Assembly: GCF_963921235.1 (NCBI RefSeq)
Contig: NC_086097.1
Location: forward strand, 155,126,001 to 155,190,000
DNA: 64,000 nucleotides
Direction: 5' to 3'
Source of the DNA: Mobula hypostoma
Taxonomy: Eukaryota
The first letter of the stretch is position 1. Each line of letters begins with the position of its first letter. Below, piece after piece: positions 39,091-52,365 of this stretch. A program made the translations under genes and the position numbers. Below the pieces are notes generated by a model. It did not search any database and was not told the DNA's origin. It worked only from the letters and a program-made list of their open reading frames with translations.

Positions 39091-41220
39091 TCCAATCTGA
39101 ACATTAAAAAATACCGCTAGTCTTCAAAGTCAGTTGACTTGAAATTCCAATATCTCAGGGAAGGCCGAATGCAAACAGCAGCGAAGGGTTATGCTCTGTC
39201 CAAGTCTCGACAAGCACTACGACGACAAGTATGGAGTTAAGTACTATCACGTTTAAATAATAATTAGCTGACATGTGCAAATTCACAAGCGCAATTGTCC
39301 TATCTACTGAGTTGACAATTCTGTGGTTGTGACAATGACTAAACACTGGCATTGATCTAAATTATTCTTGCAGCATTAAAAAACCCTTTCTGCAACAATA
39401 ATCTCAGTATATTCCTTGATTAATATAAATGATTTAAACTCCGTAATTCACACATATATTTCACATATGAATTATATCCAGTTCTCGTTACAGAACAATC
39501 TGTAAGATTACTCTGCTAGACTATTTCACCTTGTGTACTTTTGAGGGAATTGAAAGGGTTTTGGTTAACTAATTTGCTTGATTCATGTCTTATTGTTCTC
39601 ACCTTGCAGAACTACGATGTATAAGACCGTAAGATAGAGGAGCAGAATTAGGCTATTTGGCCAATTGAGTCTGCTCCACCATTTCATCATGGCTCATCCT
39701 TATATCAGGTGTCGCTGTCTGTTGTCTCTTAGACACAGGTAGTCAAGTCAGCACCATGTCCGAACAGTTCTTTAAAGAGCACCTGAATGGAGAGGATGAG
39801 GATATTTTGTCCACTGCTGGCTGGCTTAGGGTAACAGCCACTACCGGTCTTGATATTCCTTAACCTGGGTATCTAGAGCTCGAGGTTCAAGCGATAGGCA
39901 TGAATACACCCCAATTGTGGCTTTCTAGTAGTCAGGGATCCCATTAGCAGTGAACAACCTGTCCCAGGCAGAGTCGACATGACTGGTCTGAAGGTGAAAA
40001 TGGAAAAATGTCATTTTCTGCAGTCAGAGGTCAAGTTCCTGGACACCAGGTATCAGCCAAGGGGATAGGCACAGATCCCGAGAAGGTCTCGGCTGCTCAG
40101 CAGTGGTCAGTACCATCTACGGTCAAAGACTTGAGATCAGTTTTCGGCTTTTATGGTCATTATAGACGGTTCATTCAGGGATTCTCAAAGATTGCAGGTC
40201 TGCTGCATGATGTAGTGAATCTGTGTCTTTAATACAGGGAGACTTAGTAAAACAAACCATCTGTTAAAAGTCTTGGATGGAAGAATGTCAAACTGCCTTT
40301 GGCTTGCCCAAAGAGAAACTGGCCAGTTCACCCATCCTCGGCTTTGATGATTTCACACAAATTTTTATCATGGAGACCGATGCCAGCAGTCGTGGACGAG
40401 GAGCTGTTTTATACCAGCAACAGGGAGAGACAAAGAGGGTTATTGCATATGCAAGCCGATGATTGAGAAATGCTGAAAGGAATGATAAGAATTGTAGCAG
40501 CATGAAATTAGAGCTGCTTACACTAAAGTGGGCTGTAGCAGAGAAGTTTCGTGGTTACTTATTGGGTTTCAAATTCACCATAATAACTGTGACAGTAATC
40601 CGTTATCCCGCTTGAAAACTGCCAAGTTGGGAGCAATTGAGCAGAGATGGATCTCACAGTTGTCAGAGTTTGACCTTGATGTTTAGTATTGTCCCGGTCG
40701 GAGCAATACCGTAGCTGATGCTCTCTCTACACAGCCATTTGGAGAGGTGTCTGAGCCTATTCGAGAGGAAGCTGAGTCTGACGGGTCTGTGGCAATCTGT
40801 AGTCTGATCATTTGCAGCGTCGATCTTGATCCGGCACTGGTTACCGCTGGTCTTCAAAGCTGTAAGGTTAAGTAAATCCGAGCTGGTAGTAGTGATGCAA
40901 GGAAACACCCTATCCCTTCCATGCTATTCTAATGGAGACTTGCACACTTTTCAGCAGCAAGGCCCTGTGTTAAGTGTCTTCAGAAACTTATGGGACAGAA
41001 AAAGAATGCCGGCAAGGAATGTAAAGCTCTGCCGAAACTGGTTTTGTCTCTGTTAAAGCACTGGGACAGTATCAGGGAGCAAATGGGGTCACTGTGTGCT
41101 GTAGTTGAGGATGAGAAGCATGGGGAATGTTATCAGCTTCTGCCACCTACCAGCTTGAGGAATAAAGTGTTCGGGTATGTACATGACTCTATGGGTCATC
41201 AAGACAAAGAGCATACTCTA

Positions 41221-41356
41221 TGTAATATTGATGTGACTCGGACACCGCTGTAGATTGAACAACCACGTTTATTCACCAGACTTCCACTTTTTACTTTTTC
41301 CACGTCCTGAGGTCGTACGCACTCTGACGCTACGAATACTCACACAATACAGTACA
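41221..41356 (-). mobile_element. Very short solo LTR (136 bp) inside the Gypsy integrase
   Basis: TGTA...TACA; CTCTA at 41216-41220 and 41357-41361; AATAAA on the minus strand. Confidence 0.85.
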
Positions 41357-42046
41357 CTCTACACATGTTGAGCAGCAGATGTCTTTGGATGGGCACGCAC
41401 GAGGATGTGGCACAGTGGATCAAAAATTGCCCGTGTTGTGTTTTAACTAAAATGCCACACCCTGAGATCCGCCCACCCACCCCGTGAAGTTATTTCTTGC
41501 TTCTAAGCCACTGGAAGTTGTTGCTGTAGATTTCACTGTGCTTGAGCCGGTAACTGATGGGCATGAGAAAGTTTTAGTAGTCACAGACATTTCTACAAAA
41601 TTCCCCCACGCGTTCCCCACTTGGGAACTACAGCAAAGGTGCTCTTGAGGGAATGGTTTTTGAAGTACGGTGTTCCTGAGAGGTTGCATTCTGACCAGGG
41701 CTGTAACTTTGAAAGTGAGGTCATAACTGAGCTTTGCAAACCGTACGGGGTAAAGAAAAGTCGTACTACACCCCAGTGTGTACTAAACACTCAGTGTGAG
41801 CGTTTCAACAGGGCGATGCTTGATTTGTTGCCTACGTTGTCTCCAGAAAAGAAATGCAAGTGGCCAGAGCATCGACTCGAGTTAGTGTATGCGTATAATG
41901 TGACGCCTCACGTAACCACCGGATATTCCCCTTATTACCTACTGTTCTGTGTTGATCCCCACTTGCCTGTGGATGCTCTGCTGGGGCAGGAACAGTCTGT
42001 AGACAGGAAATAGCCACACAGAAGAAACAACTGAATGATGCTCATG

Positions 42047-42177
42047 CAGACATCCCACCTCTCCCAGAAGTTCCGGGAGTCCCTGCATATTAATAGAGGC
42101 TCCCTGATGCCCGCAAATTATATACAATGTCCCAGAAATCAATTTTTTTCAGAGCGAGAGAGCGCGAGAGCGACCAC

Positions 42178-42208
<31 letters not shown>

Positions 42209-42550
42209 TGTTCCAAAAAAAGAAAATATAAAACATACGTCACCCCAGACTGCCCTAAAATATACCCCTGCCTAATAGGGGTCAAAAATAATGACAGTGT
42301 TGTTTGCTGCACTATTTGCAAGTGACTTTTCTATTGCCCATGGTGGGTTAAGACTGTAAAGGACATATTGAAGTGAGTTTTACAGGTGTCATTCGTTCAT
42401 TATCGTAGCTAACGTTTTTCAAACTAGCTGGCGAGCTGCTCAGGAGCTACTCTATTGCAGACATCCTACCTCTCCAGGAAGATCTGGGAGTCTCCAGCAA
42501 ATTGATGGTGCTGCCTCCCTGAAATGAGTTTTTGCAGGTTGGGATGTCTG
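42047..42550. mobile_element. MITE, probably hAT-related, inside the Gypsy element
   Basis: TIRs CAGACATCCCA / TGGGATGTCTG; CTCATG at 42041-42046 and 42551-42556; internal (GA)n tract. Confidence 0.85.
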
Positions 42551-43134
42551 CTCATGCCAGAGCAAAAGAATACTCCGATCAGAAGGCTGCAGAATGCATT
42601 GCCTTACAGGAGCATAAAATTTCAAGACCGTGAACACAGTCGACATCCGGCCCTGTAAGAACGTTCCCACCCCAGCTCCCCAAAGGAGACTGCAAACTCC
42701 GATAATTCAGGCTAGCCCTCGCCTGGGACATGAATCAGATTCTGGGGACTCGGAGAATGGAGTGATACTGGGGTAAATGTGTCAGAACAGGGTGTACAGA
42801 ATCTTGACCCTAGCCTTGACAACATGTTTGCTGGAACTGTACAAACTCCGGGAACTGAGACTGCAGCGCCAGCGACTGCTGATACAAGGTCGGGTGTTGG
42901 TAGTCCTCTCGTTGCAGCATCCTGCGGGAGTAAAAGAGTAACTGCTGGACAGCACTCCAACGCACACCTCGGACCAAGCTCAGTCCGAGATGTGGCCTCC
43001 ATAATTCCTGCAGAACTGTCCCAGATACTGGGTAGTCTAAATTCAGTTCCCTTTAGAGAAGCAGTTAAAGAGGTGAAAAGTACCGTTGTAGAGAGTGAAT
43101 AATTGAGGGCGCTTGCCTGTATTCAGGGGAGAAA

Positions 43135-44052
43135 TGTAACCAGGTGACCGCTGAATGTTGTTTTTTATCGTTAAAATGCACATATATTCACCCTGGCAAT
43201 GCTAAGCGGCTGCCTTTGCCTTTAAGAGAAAACGGTGACATCATAGTTTACGTGCGGTTAGAAAGAAAGAGTTAAAATGTTCTAGAAAGATCATGGAGTG
43301 CTTGGAGCGGCTCTTTCTCTCCCCTCGAGGAGTACTGGACATATGGCGAGGAAAGGTGAAATAATATTTGATAATATCGACGTAAATTCGTTTATACTTG
43401 TCTGTAATCTGGAATATGGTATTTTGACAAGTTTTGCATGTGGATGCTTTAAATTTTCGCGAGTAAGGTATCGGCGCTGAACAGTGTGATAGGGTGAAGT
43501 TCTTTATCGACCTAGTAGGTTAGACTTTCTAGTAATTTAACTATAAGGCAATATCTTGTAAAAGTTTATTTTTGTCTTTATCGTTTCATGACTGAATGTG
43601 AATTTAACGGAGTAATGTGAATCTCTGTTCGGGTAGCGTGACCGAGAGTATTTCATTTCAGGGTCTAGTCTATACTGTTTAGAAGTTAAGCAGGTGAATC
43701 CCAAAATGAGTACACCTTTTGGTTAAGACGAGATATATTTAGTTATATTTTTGATGTGTTTAAGGTATAGGGTTGATGGGATTCTAATGTTATTTGTATT
43801 GTCTTTTTTAAAGAATTGACACTACCATATAGGTTTTGTATATTTTGTTTCATTTTCATACTGCATACATAACAAGTTGATTCACAACTGTGTGAACCGA
43901 ACTTAAACTGAAATTGTAACAGCAGGAACTGTTTCTTTAAATTCATTTTGTTGTTTTTATTTTCATACCCTCTTTCTGCCTAAACCAGATAAAAGAATTG
44001 AAGACCCAAAAAAGTGTTTGTTGTCCCGAGTGTGTATTTTTCCCAGGCTTCA
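43135..44052 (+). repeat. Gypsy 3' LTR (about 918 bp)
   Basis: Starts TGTAAC directly after the PPT; probable end GCTTCA; end position not confirmed by a TSD. Confidence 0.6.
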
Positions 44053-44055
44053 TAA

Positions 44056-44672
44056 CTGTGCAGACTGTTTTCTAAATGGGGAGAAATCCAAAATTATGAG
44101 ATGCAAAGGGTTCTGGGAGTCCTGCAAGGTTAAATTGCGGGTTGATTTGGTGGTGAGGAAGGCAAATGCAATGTTAGGACTAATTTCAAGAGGTCTAGAA
44201 TATAAGAGCAGGGATGTGATACTGAAGCTTTATAAGGCACTGGTGAAGCCTCACCTTAAGAAATGTGAACAGTTTTGGGCTCCTTATCTAAGAAAAGATG
44301 TTCTGGCATTGGAGAGGGTTCGGAGGAGGTTCACCAGGATGATTCCAGGAATGAAAGGGTTATCAACAAAGAGGCATTTGATGGCTCTGTACTGGTTGTA
44401 ATTTAGTAGGATGAGGGGAATTTCATTGAAACCGTTTGAATGTTGAAAAATCTAGACCGAGTAGATGTGGAAAGGACGTTTCCAATGGTGGGGGAGTCTA
44501 GGACAAGAGTGCACAGCCTCAGGATAGAGGAGCATCCATTTAAAACAGAGATGCGGAGGAATTTCTTTAGCCAGAGGGTGGTGAATTTGTTACCAAAGGC
44601 AGCTGTGGAGACCAGGTTGTTCGGGTATTTAAGGCAGAGATTGATAGGTTCTTGATTGAACATGGCATCAAA
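44056..44672 (+). mobile_element. CR1 3' fragment
   Basis: ORFs 44018-44401 and 44440-44655 with LYKALVKPHL and FFSQRVVNL. Confidence 0.88.
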
Positions 44673-44679
44673 GTTGATC

Positions 44680-45405
44680 TGACGTTAACTTTAAATTCCA
44701 GGGTGTCACTATCTCAGAGGACCTATCCCAGACCCGTCATATAAATGTAATTGCAAAGAAAGCACTTCCTCAGGAGTCTTCAGAGATTTGGCATGATATC
44801 AAAAACTTTGACAAACTACTATAGATGTCTACTGGAGAGTGTATTGACTGGCTGCATCATGGCCTGGTATGGGAACACCAATGCGTTTGAACAGAAAATC
44901 GGACAAAAGGTAGTGGATTCGGCCCAGTCTATCACAGGTAAAATCCTCCTAACCATTGAGCACATCTCCATGAGACACTGTCCTAGGAAAGCAGCATCCA
45001 TTATCAAAGATTCCAGCCTCGCAGACCTTGCTGTCTTCTCACTGCTGCCATCAGATAGAAGGTACAAGAGCTTCAGGGCCCACAGCACCAGGCTCAAGAA
45101 CAGTTACTATCCCTCAACCATCAGGCCCTTGAACCAAAGGGGATAGCTACACTCATCTATTGAGATGTTCCCACAACCAATGATCTCACTTTAAGGGCTC
45201 TTTATTGAGTTAATTCATGCTCTTGTTATTTATTGCTATTTATTTATATTTGCATTTGTACAGTTTGTTTTCTTCTATGCACTACGTGATCTTTCATTGA
45301 TCCTGTTATAGCTACTACTCTATACATTTTCTGAGTGTGGCGCAGGAAAAAGATTCTCAGTTGTATGTGGAGACGCAGGTCCTCTGATAATAAAATTTAC
45401 TTTGT
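44680..45405 (+). mobile_element. Rex1/Babar 3' fragment
   Basis: ORF 44751-45146: YRCLLESVLTGCIMAWYG...RLKNSYYPSTIR. Confidence 0.88.
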
Positions 45406-46734
45406 TCGATATAATTGAGGAGTGAAAAGGACCATAAATTGACTGTACTTCAGATTCACAGTTTAATTAACTCAAATACCATAACATAATATTGTGAACT
45501 TAAAACTCAGACCATATGAGTGATAGCGTGGGTGAATTTTGATCCCGCTTTATTTTTCTGACAAAGTAAGAAAGAGAGAATTTATTCCCAACAGGATCAT
45601 TAATTTCTTTCATGAACGGGAATCTCTATCAGTGACTGATTCACACCCTGCATTCTCCACTTCCATTTTATGTAATTGTTTCTTAGTATCCTGTGAAATG
45701 ATCAAGATCTAATCCTAATTCTAAGCCTTAATGCTGCTTGGCCTGCTGAGTTCCTCCAGCATAATGTGTGTGTTGCTTGGATTTCCAGCATCTGCTGATT
45801 TTTCTCTTGTGCCAAAGTAAATGCTGTCACTGCTCTTTATCAGGTCACCTAATAGTAGCCAATAAGTGAAAGTTTCCTACTGATTAATTTTTATATATAA
45901 ATATTGTTTGGCATGGTTTATAATAAAATAATTGCTTTTCCCTTTCTTTTGTTCCTAAAATAATTTGGGTGAGGTGTTGGGAGACAGTGAAGTTAAGATT
46001 TTTTTTAATATGTATGCCAAACAGGGTTGCTAGAGTATCTTCAACGTCAGGTAATTGTGCATGTGGAGTGTATTTTACCAAAAGGTTTGTCATTTTCATT
46101 TAGTAAATGGACCAATACCAAGTAGCTTTTTAACGCAGACTTGCTCTTGGCAACTTCACGGTACTCCAGTGTGAGTGGGTACTCCTGGAGTAGAGTTCTT
46201 ATTGAAGATTAAGCTGCTGAGGTATGATTGTGTGCCACCTGTAGCAACTCAAGTCAATACATCCCTGGATCATGGCAGGTCAATATGCAGCTGGAAATAA
46301 CTGGATGCTCTCCAGCCAGGTGAAGTACAGTTTGATCTCTTGAATGTACCTGAACCATTCATCCTGACTCTGGGGTTACATGTTTTTTTTTAACATTTTG
46401 TTTTGCACAGTAGTCGTGAGGTTCATCAAAGTTGAGAAGAGTCAATGATTCCCAATTTTTTTTCTTTGTTTCTGGCTATTGCTTTAATATAAAGAAAAAA
46501 ATGTCTGATCTCTGCGAGAGTACTAATCTTTGTTTCCAGTAACTGCCACTGAGTTTTTATACTTGATTTTTGCAAACAAGTCATGACTAGAAATTATTTT
46601 TCTTCTTTTCCTATTTCCTGATCAATCTCTCAGTATTACCTGTCCATCCTTACACTTGAATAATTTTACTGAGGCACACAGTTCCTTTTTGTTCTGTCTG
46701 TCCTTTTTCACTCTCTCTGCAACTTAAAATAACC

Positions 46735-47540
46735 AGGAAACTGGAGGTCCATGAGCCAGACCTCATCAGGGGATGAGGTGGAGAGGGTCAGTAGCTTTCA
46801 ATTCCTCAGTGTTATCATTTCAGAGGATCTGTCCTCAGCCCAGCATATTAAGTGCATTTACGAAGAAAACACAGCAGCTTAACTAACTTACAAAGATATG
46901 GTATGGCATCTAAAGCTTTGACAGATTTCTATGAAATTGTGATGGAGAGTACATTGACTTGGTGTGTCACAGCCCAGTATGGAAACACCAATGCCACTGA
47001 ATGGAAAATCTTACAAAAGATGGTAGATACTGCCCAGTCCATCACTGTTAAAGCCCTTCCCACTACTGAGCACATCTCCGTGGAGAATTGTTGCAGGAAA
47101 GTAGGGTCCCCCACCATGCAGGTCATGCTTCCTTCTTGCTTCTGCCTTCAGGAAGAAGATACAAGAGCCTCAGTACTCCCACGACCAGGTTCAGGAACAG
47201 TTATTACCCCACAACCATCAGGGGTAATAACTTCACTCATCTTCATACCCCATCACTGAACTGCTCCCACAAGCCATGGACTTGCTTTCAAGGAGTCTTC
47301 ATCTTTTGTTCTTGATACTTATTGCATTATTTATTATTATTATTTATTTTTTCTCTTCTGTATTTGCACTGTTTGTTGTCTTTTGTACACTGGTTGTCCA
47401 TCCAGTTAGGCATTGTCTTCATTGATTCTATTACGGTTTTGGAATTTACTGAGTATATACCAAGAAAATGAATCTTGGGGTTCTATATGGTGACATGTAT
47501 TTACTTTGATAAGTTTACTATGAACTTTGAATTTGAACTT
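46735..47540 (+). mobile_element. Rex1/Babar 3' fragment
   Basis: ESTLTWCVTAQYG and LLPSGRRYKSL...RFRNSYYP; (TTGAAC)n tail. Confidence 0.88.
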
Positions 47541-48799
47541 TTCCCTCTTTGCCAGTTCTGATTAAGAACCTTTTGAGCTGAAGTATTAACTCTGTCTCTC
47601 CATCTATAGAAGTTGCCTGTCTTGTTGAATATTTTCAGTATTTTGTTTTTATTTTAGATTGCATTTTTAAAACATATTCATTACACAAATTTATCCCAAG
47701 ACATTTCATTAAGTGCACCACTTGGTTATGCTTATTTATCAGCTTTAATCTATTGCTTGTTGTATTGAAGCACACATGTGACTCCAGAACTTGTCTGATC
47801 TCATTTTCGAGTAGGGCACGTGTTAACTTTTGCTACCACCCCATCCACTCCTTATCCACCCCTAAACACAGGCTACTGCTAAAATTTCCCACGGCAGGTG
47901 TTATGTTCCAGATTATAACCAACCTTTGGATGAAAATGTTCTCCATTAGATCCAAAGCTCTTACCCCTTACTTTTAATCTCGGCCCCTTGGTTTAGACAT
48001 TTCCCTCAAAGCCTGTCCCATTTACTTTTGAAGTAATTGATCATTATTGTTTCCATCCTCTCCACCAGCACATCAGTTTTATTTGCTGCACGAAAGGAAA
48101 TTTTTCTTCATATTCTCCGGTCTCTTGTTCAAAATGTTAAACCTAAAGTCTGTATCTCCGAGTCCTTCTATCTTCAGCTAATGAGCAGAGTATTTATTTA
48201 TCTCCCTCAGTTAAAACTATGATGATATCCATTTTAGCTTTCATGGCTTCCTTGAAAGCAATCCCAGCTGCTCCATTCCAACTTACAAGCAATACTCTCT
48301 CTTATTTACAAAATATTAAGTACATCTCCTCTGCACCCTCTCTAGGATCTTCAGATTCTCTTTCTTTTTCAGATTCAGTTTCATTTTATTTATGATATGT
48401 ACATTGAATCATAAGTGAAATGTGTTGTTTTGTGTTAATAGCCACCACACCAAGTGATGTGCTGGGGGTAGCCTGCAAGTGTCACCACACATTCTGTTGC
48501 TAACGTACCATGCCCACAGGACAACAAAGCAGAACACCACAAGCAACAAAACCGCAAAACAAGCCACATTCCTCCCACCCTCTTACTTACTCACTCACAC
48601 AAAATCCCTCCAACCCTAGAACAAAGAGTCCCTGAACTCAAGTCTCCAGCCTCCAGTGGACAAGGATTCCGCCATTGGGCTTCAACTTCCTCAGCAGAGG
48701 TGTAGTGGACTTGGGGCTCCAGCCATCAGATCTCGATTGCTGGACATTAGGGTTTCAGTTTACAGTATCAATCCAAGACTTGCTGATGGAAATGAATGA

Positions 48800-48990
48800 G
48801 GACCCCAAATAATGGGCTTTGAATGCAGACCCTTTGTGACCAGGACCTTGTACACTGGGCCTCAGATACCAGACCCTCTGATGACTGGGACAGTAAACAC
48901 TAGGACTTGAATGCCAGAGGCTCCAATGATTGGGACCCTGAATAGTAGGCCTCAAATGCCACACTTGCCTATGGCAGGACCCTGAACACA
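48800..48990. repeat. Degenerate tandem repeat, unit about 43 bp, about 4 copies
   Basis: Recurring GGGCCTCAAATGCCAGACC...GGACCCTGAACAC-like units. Confidence 0.65.
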
Positions 48991-49275
48991 ATCTGGTCTC
49001 TCCAATTCGCATACCTCGGGGCTTGTCGTCATTCATACTTCCTACCCACCAGGAATTTCAATATCAGCACCTGCTGTGACTCACTGATCTGGGGAATAGG
49101 GCTTCCATTCCTTGCTCTCACTGTTCTGCCAGCCTGTTATCCCACCACAGCTGTCTTTTGTCCCACATCCACGTCACTGGTCTTTGAATGTGGAGCAGAG
49201 AGCTGACCTCCGATCCTTATACACTTGTCTCCAACCAAACTTGATTTCTAACTCCCTGTTGTCTTCAAAACCTTC

Positions 49276-49503
49276 TGAAGCACCTTCAATAATTCCAAAA
49301 GACTGAAGTAGGGAAAATACTGAAAGGCTTTTATTCGCAGTAAATTACGACTTCCGTGCTGACTGTCTGCCCCTGGGCTGAGGGGAAGGAGCAAAGCGAA
49401 ATCACCTTTATTCAGGGGTCTGTGGGAGGAGCCACGGGGGCAGTCAGCAGAGGGGCGAGTCCAGACAGTTAACCCAGTTACAACATATATATGGTTTACC
49501 ACA
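49276..49503 (-). mobile_element. Solo LTR (228 bp), possibly Copia type
   Basis: TG...CA termini; CCTTC at 49271-49275 and 49504-49508; AATAAA on the minus strand. Confidence 0.88.
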
Positions 49504-49704
49504 CCTTCCCTACAAATTAAAGATAACTTCTCATTCTTCCTAAAGTGTAGTGACAGCAAAAAGATGTAGTGACCTCATTGCGGCCTCAGGACAACTTTAT
49601 GAAGGTTTATCGTAACTTTCTGCTTTTTGCTCATTACTTCTCCTAGTGAAGCCCAGATTACTGCTCTGCCAACTTCTCTCACAACAGAAACACAAAAATC
49701 TATA

Positions 49705-50778
49705 GGTGCTATAAAATCCAAAGCAACACACACAAAGTGCTGGAGGAACTCAACAGGCCGAGCAGCATCTATAAAAATGAGAATCAGTCGACGTTTCGGA
49801 ACAAGACCCTTCTTCAGGACTGGAAAAGGAAGGGGGAAGGTGCCAGAATAAAAAGGTTGGGGAGTGGGGAAGTGGAATGAGGATAACTAGAATGTAATAG
49901 GTGAAGCCAGGTGAGTAGGAAAGGCAAAGGGCTGGGGAGGAAAGAGTCTGATAGGAGAGGAGACTGGACCATTGGAAAAAGGGAAGGAGGGGACCTAGGG
50001 GTCCCCTAGGGGAGGTGATGGACAGGTGAGAAGAGGAAGAGGCCAGAGTGGGGAATTGAAGAAGAGGGAAGTTGGAGGGATTTTTTTTAACAAAAAAGTG
50101 AAATTGATATTCATGTCAGCAGGTTGAAGGTACCCAGATGGAATATAAGGTGCTGGTCTTGCACTCTGAGATTGGCCTCATCGTGGCAAGAGAGGAGGCC
50201 ATGAATTGACATGTCGGAACAGGAGTGAGAATGGAAATTACAATGCTTAACCATCGGTAAGTTAAGCTTCTGACCGATGAAACAGAGGTGCTCGACAAAG
50301 CAGTCCCCCAGTTTATAGTGGATCTCACCAATGTAGAGGAGGCCACATCAGGAGTCGGGAGCACCAGACATAATAGACGACCCCAGAAGGTTCGTAGGTG
50401 ACGTATTGCTTCGCCTGGAAAGAGTGTTTCAGGTGCTGAATGGAGGTGTGGGAGGAGTTGAATGGACAGGGTTCAGAACTTTGGCTGCTTGTAGGGATAA
50501 GTGCTGGGAAGGCAATTAGTGGGAAAGGACGAATGGACAAGTAAATCAGGATGGGAGCCAATCCCTGTGGAAAGTGGAGCTGTGGGGAGGTGAAGATGTG
50601 TTTGGTAGGATCCCTTTGAAGCTGGTGGAAATTGTGGCAAATGATGTGTTCGATGCAGAGGCTCATGGGTGGTAGGTTAGGACAAGAGGAACTCTATCAT
50701 TGTTGAGGCTTCAGGAAGATTGGTAGAGTCTGGATGTTTGGGAAATCGAGGAGATGTGGGTGAGGGCAGCATCAGTGA
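49705..50778 (-). mobile_element. Penelope-like element relic (GIY-YIG region and terminal repeat)
   Basis: Minus strand gives GVVYYVWCSR...LLYIGE; collinear with 29962-31320. Confidence 0.87.
49785..49822 (-). ncRNA. Minimal type-I hammerhead ribozyme motif
   Basis: CAGUC-CUGAAGA-AGGGUCUUGUUCC-GAAA-CG-UC-GACUG: 5-bp stem I, intact CUGANGA and GAAA core, GUC cleavage triplet. Confidence 0.72.
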
Positions 50779-51847
50779 TCTTTCTCTCAATATATCTCCT
50801 CATTTTCAGAAAAATATGTAAATGAACCTCAGATCTTTAGAACATTGTTATAAAATTGATACTGCATCTTCTAATCCTTCTCACACCTTCTTCCAGTGAA
50901 CTCCCATTTTCTAATTGTTTGTTGTTAGCCTACTCATGTCCTGCTGCTGTTATTTAGTGATAAACTGCACACTTCCAAGTTTATATCATCGACTAAGTTT
51001 AAATTCTTACTCCGTCGTTCAATATTGCCTTTTTACATTAACTTTAATAATGAAACCCAAATTACTGCTTTATTGACTTTTCCTTCAATATATTAAATAG
51101 ATCTTGCCACCTTTAGAATATACAGTATACTCATTTCAGACCTTTATAATGCTATCACTAAATTAATATTGCCATTTATACAAATCAAATTCTTGGGGAA
51201 CTTCATTACCTGCAGTTCTTTGATTATCCCAACTCATTGTCCTTAAACTGAATTTGTACCTAAGCTGACACTGATTCCACTTGCAAGAGCCTCAAATTTG
51301 TTGCCTTTTAAAAAAAAATTAGAACTTTGTCAAATGTGAAGTGAAGAAGAAACCATTTGCAGCCTGTGAGTCAAAGATATGAAATGAAGGAGAGAGAAGA
51401 GAGAACTAGGATTAAGAATGACTGCATACATTCTCATAATGGACCTCATAATGCCTCAGAGCTGCCCTTTCTCATAATAGCCAATGGAGTTCCTAAGTGG
51501 AGGTTAAAATGTACATTTGTTTTATCTTCCTCCAGTTCTTTCCAGCTTATATTTTTTTACCTCTTGAAAGAAAAATGGGACTGTCAGTGAATTTGTGTGG
51601 TTGAGGGGGCCATCCTCGTTCAATGTGTGAAACTTAAGATTCTGCCCATTGAAGGGCTGAGTCTTAATGATAGTGTGTAGATAAGTGTCTGTTGAGGTCT
51701 AGTGAATTGTACAGTAAATGCAGTTCTACAAGGGATTGAATACAAATTTTTGAAGACTACCATTTCTGTGAGATTTTTTTTCTTGCATGGCATCAATGTT
51801 CCTGGAACGATACTTCTACCTTTGACGTCTGTCATTACCTCTTATTA

Positions 51848-52045
51848 CATAAGAACATAAGAAATAGGAGCAGGAGTAGGCCATCCGGCCCATCGAGCCT
51901 GCCCCGCCATTCAATAAGGTCATGACTGGTCTGTCCGGAAACTCCACTCCATCTACCGGCCGTTTTCCCATAACCCTTAATTCCCTTACTATGTAAAAAC
52001 ATATCTAACTGTTTCTTAAATATATTCAGTGAGGAAGCCTCTTGA
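51848..52045 (-). mobile_element. CR1 3' tail
   Basis: ACATAAGAACATAAGAAATAGGAGCAGGAGTAGGCC start. Confidence 0.85.
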
Positions 52046-52365
52046 GCATATCTACCCCTGTGTGGCTACAGAATATCTAAAAACCTCTTCTGCCTATGTT
52101 TCTAATGGATTCCGTAACATTAACTTTCTCCTTCCACAGATGTTGTCTGACCTGCTGTGTGCTTGTAGTATTTTTCTACTTCTGTTTCAGATTTCCTGCA
52201 CCTGCAGTGTTTTTATTTTCTTCCCCCATAGGTCACTGGAAAAACTTGGTTGTCTCTCTGTGACACATTTCTCAAAGTTTGCAAGTTAGTTCCACTTTAT
52301 TTAATGTAAAGCACCACTGACTGTAGCCACCTAGCATTTTCCCTTTATGGTGCGTAGTTAGTATT

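Larger units (their letters stand above)
39705..44052 (+). mobile_element. Internally deleted Gypsy LTR retrotransposon (protease, RT end, RNase H, integrase, PPT, 3' LTR); no gag or 5' LTR
   Basis: CLLDTGSQVST; KCHFLQSEVKFL; METDASS...VIAYASR; HDSMGHQ; LHSDQGCNFES; QCERFNR; PPT AGGGGAGAAA before TGTAAC at 43135. Confidence 0.9.

Noticed and set aside
42779..43102. 107-aa ORF as an env-like extra gene
   Set aside because: No signal peptide or transmembrane segment; it fits the low-complexity C-terminal tail of Gypsy pol.
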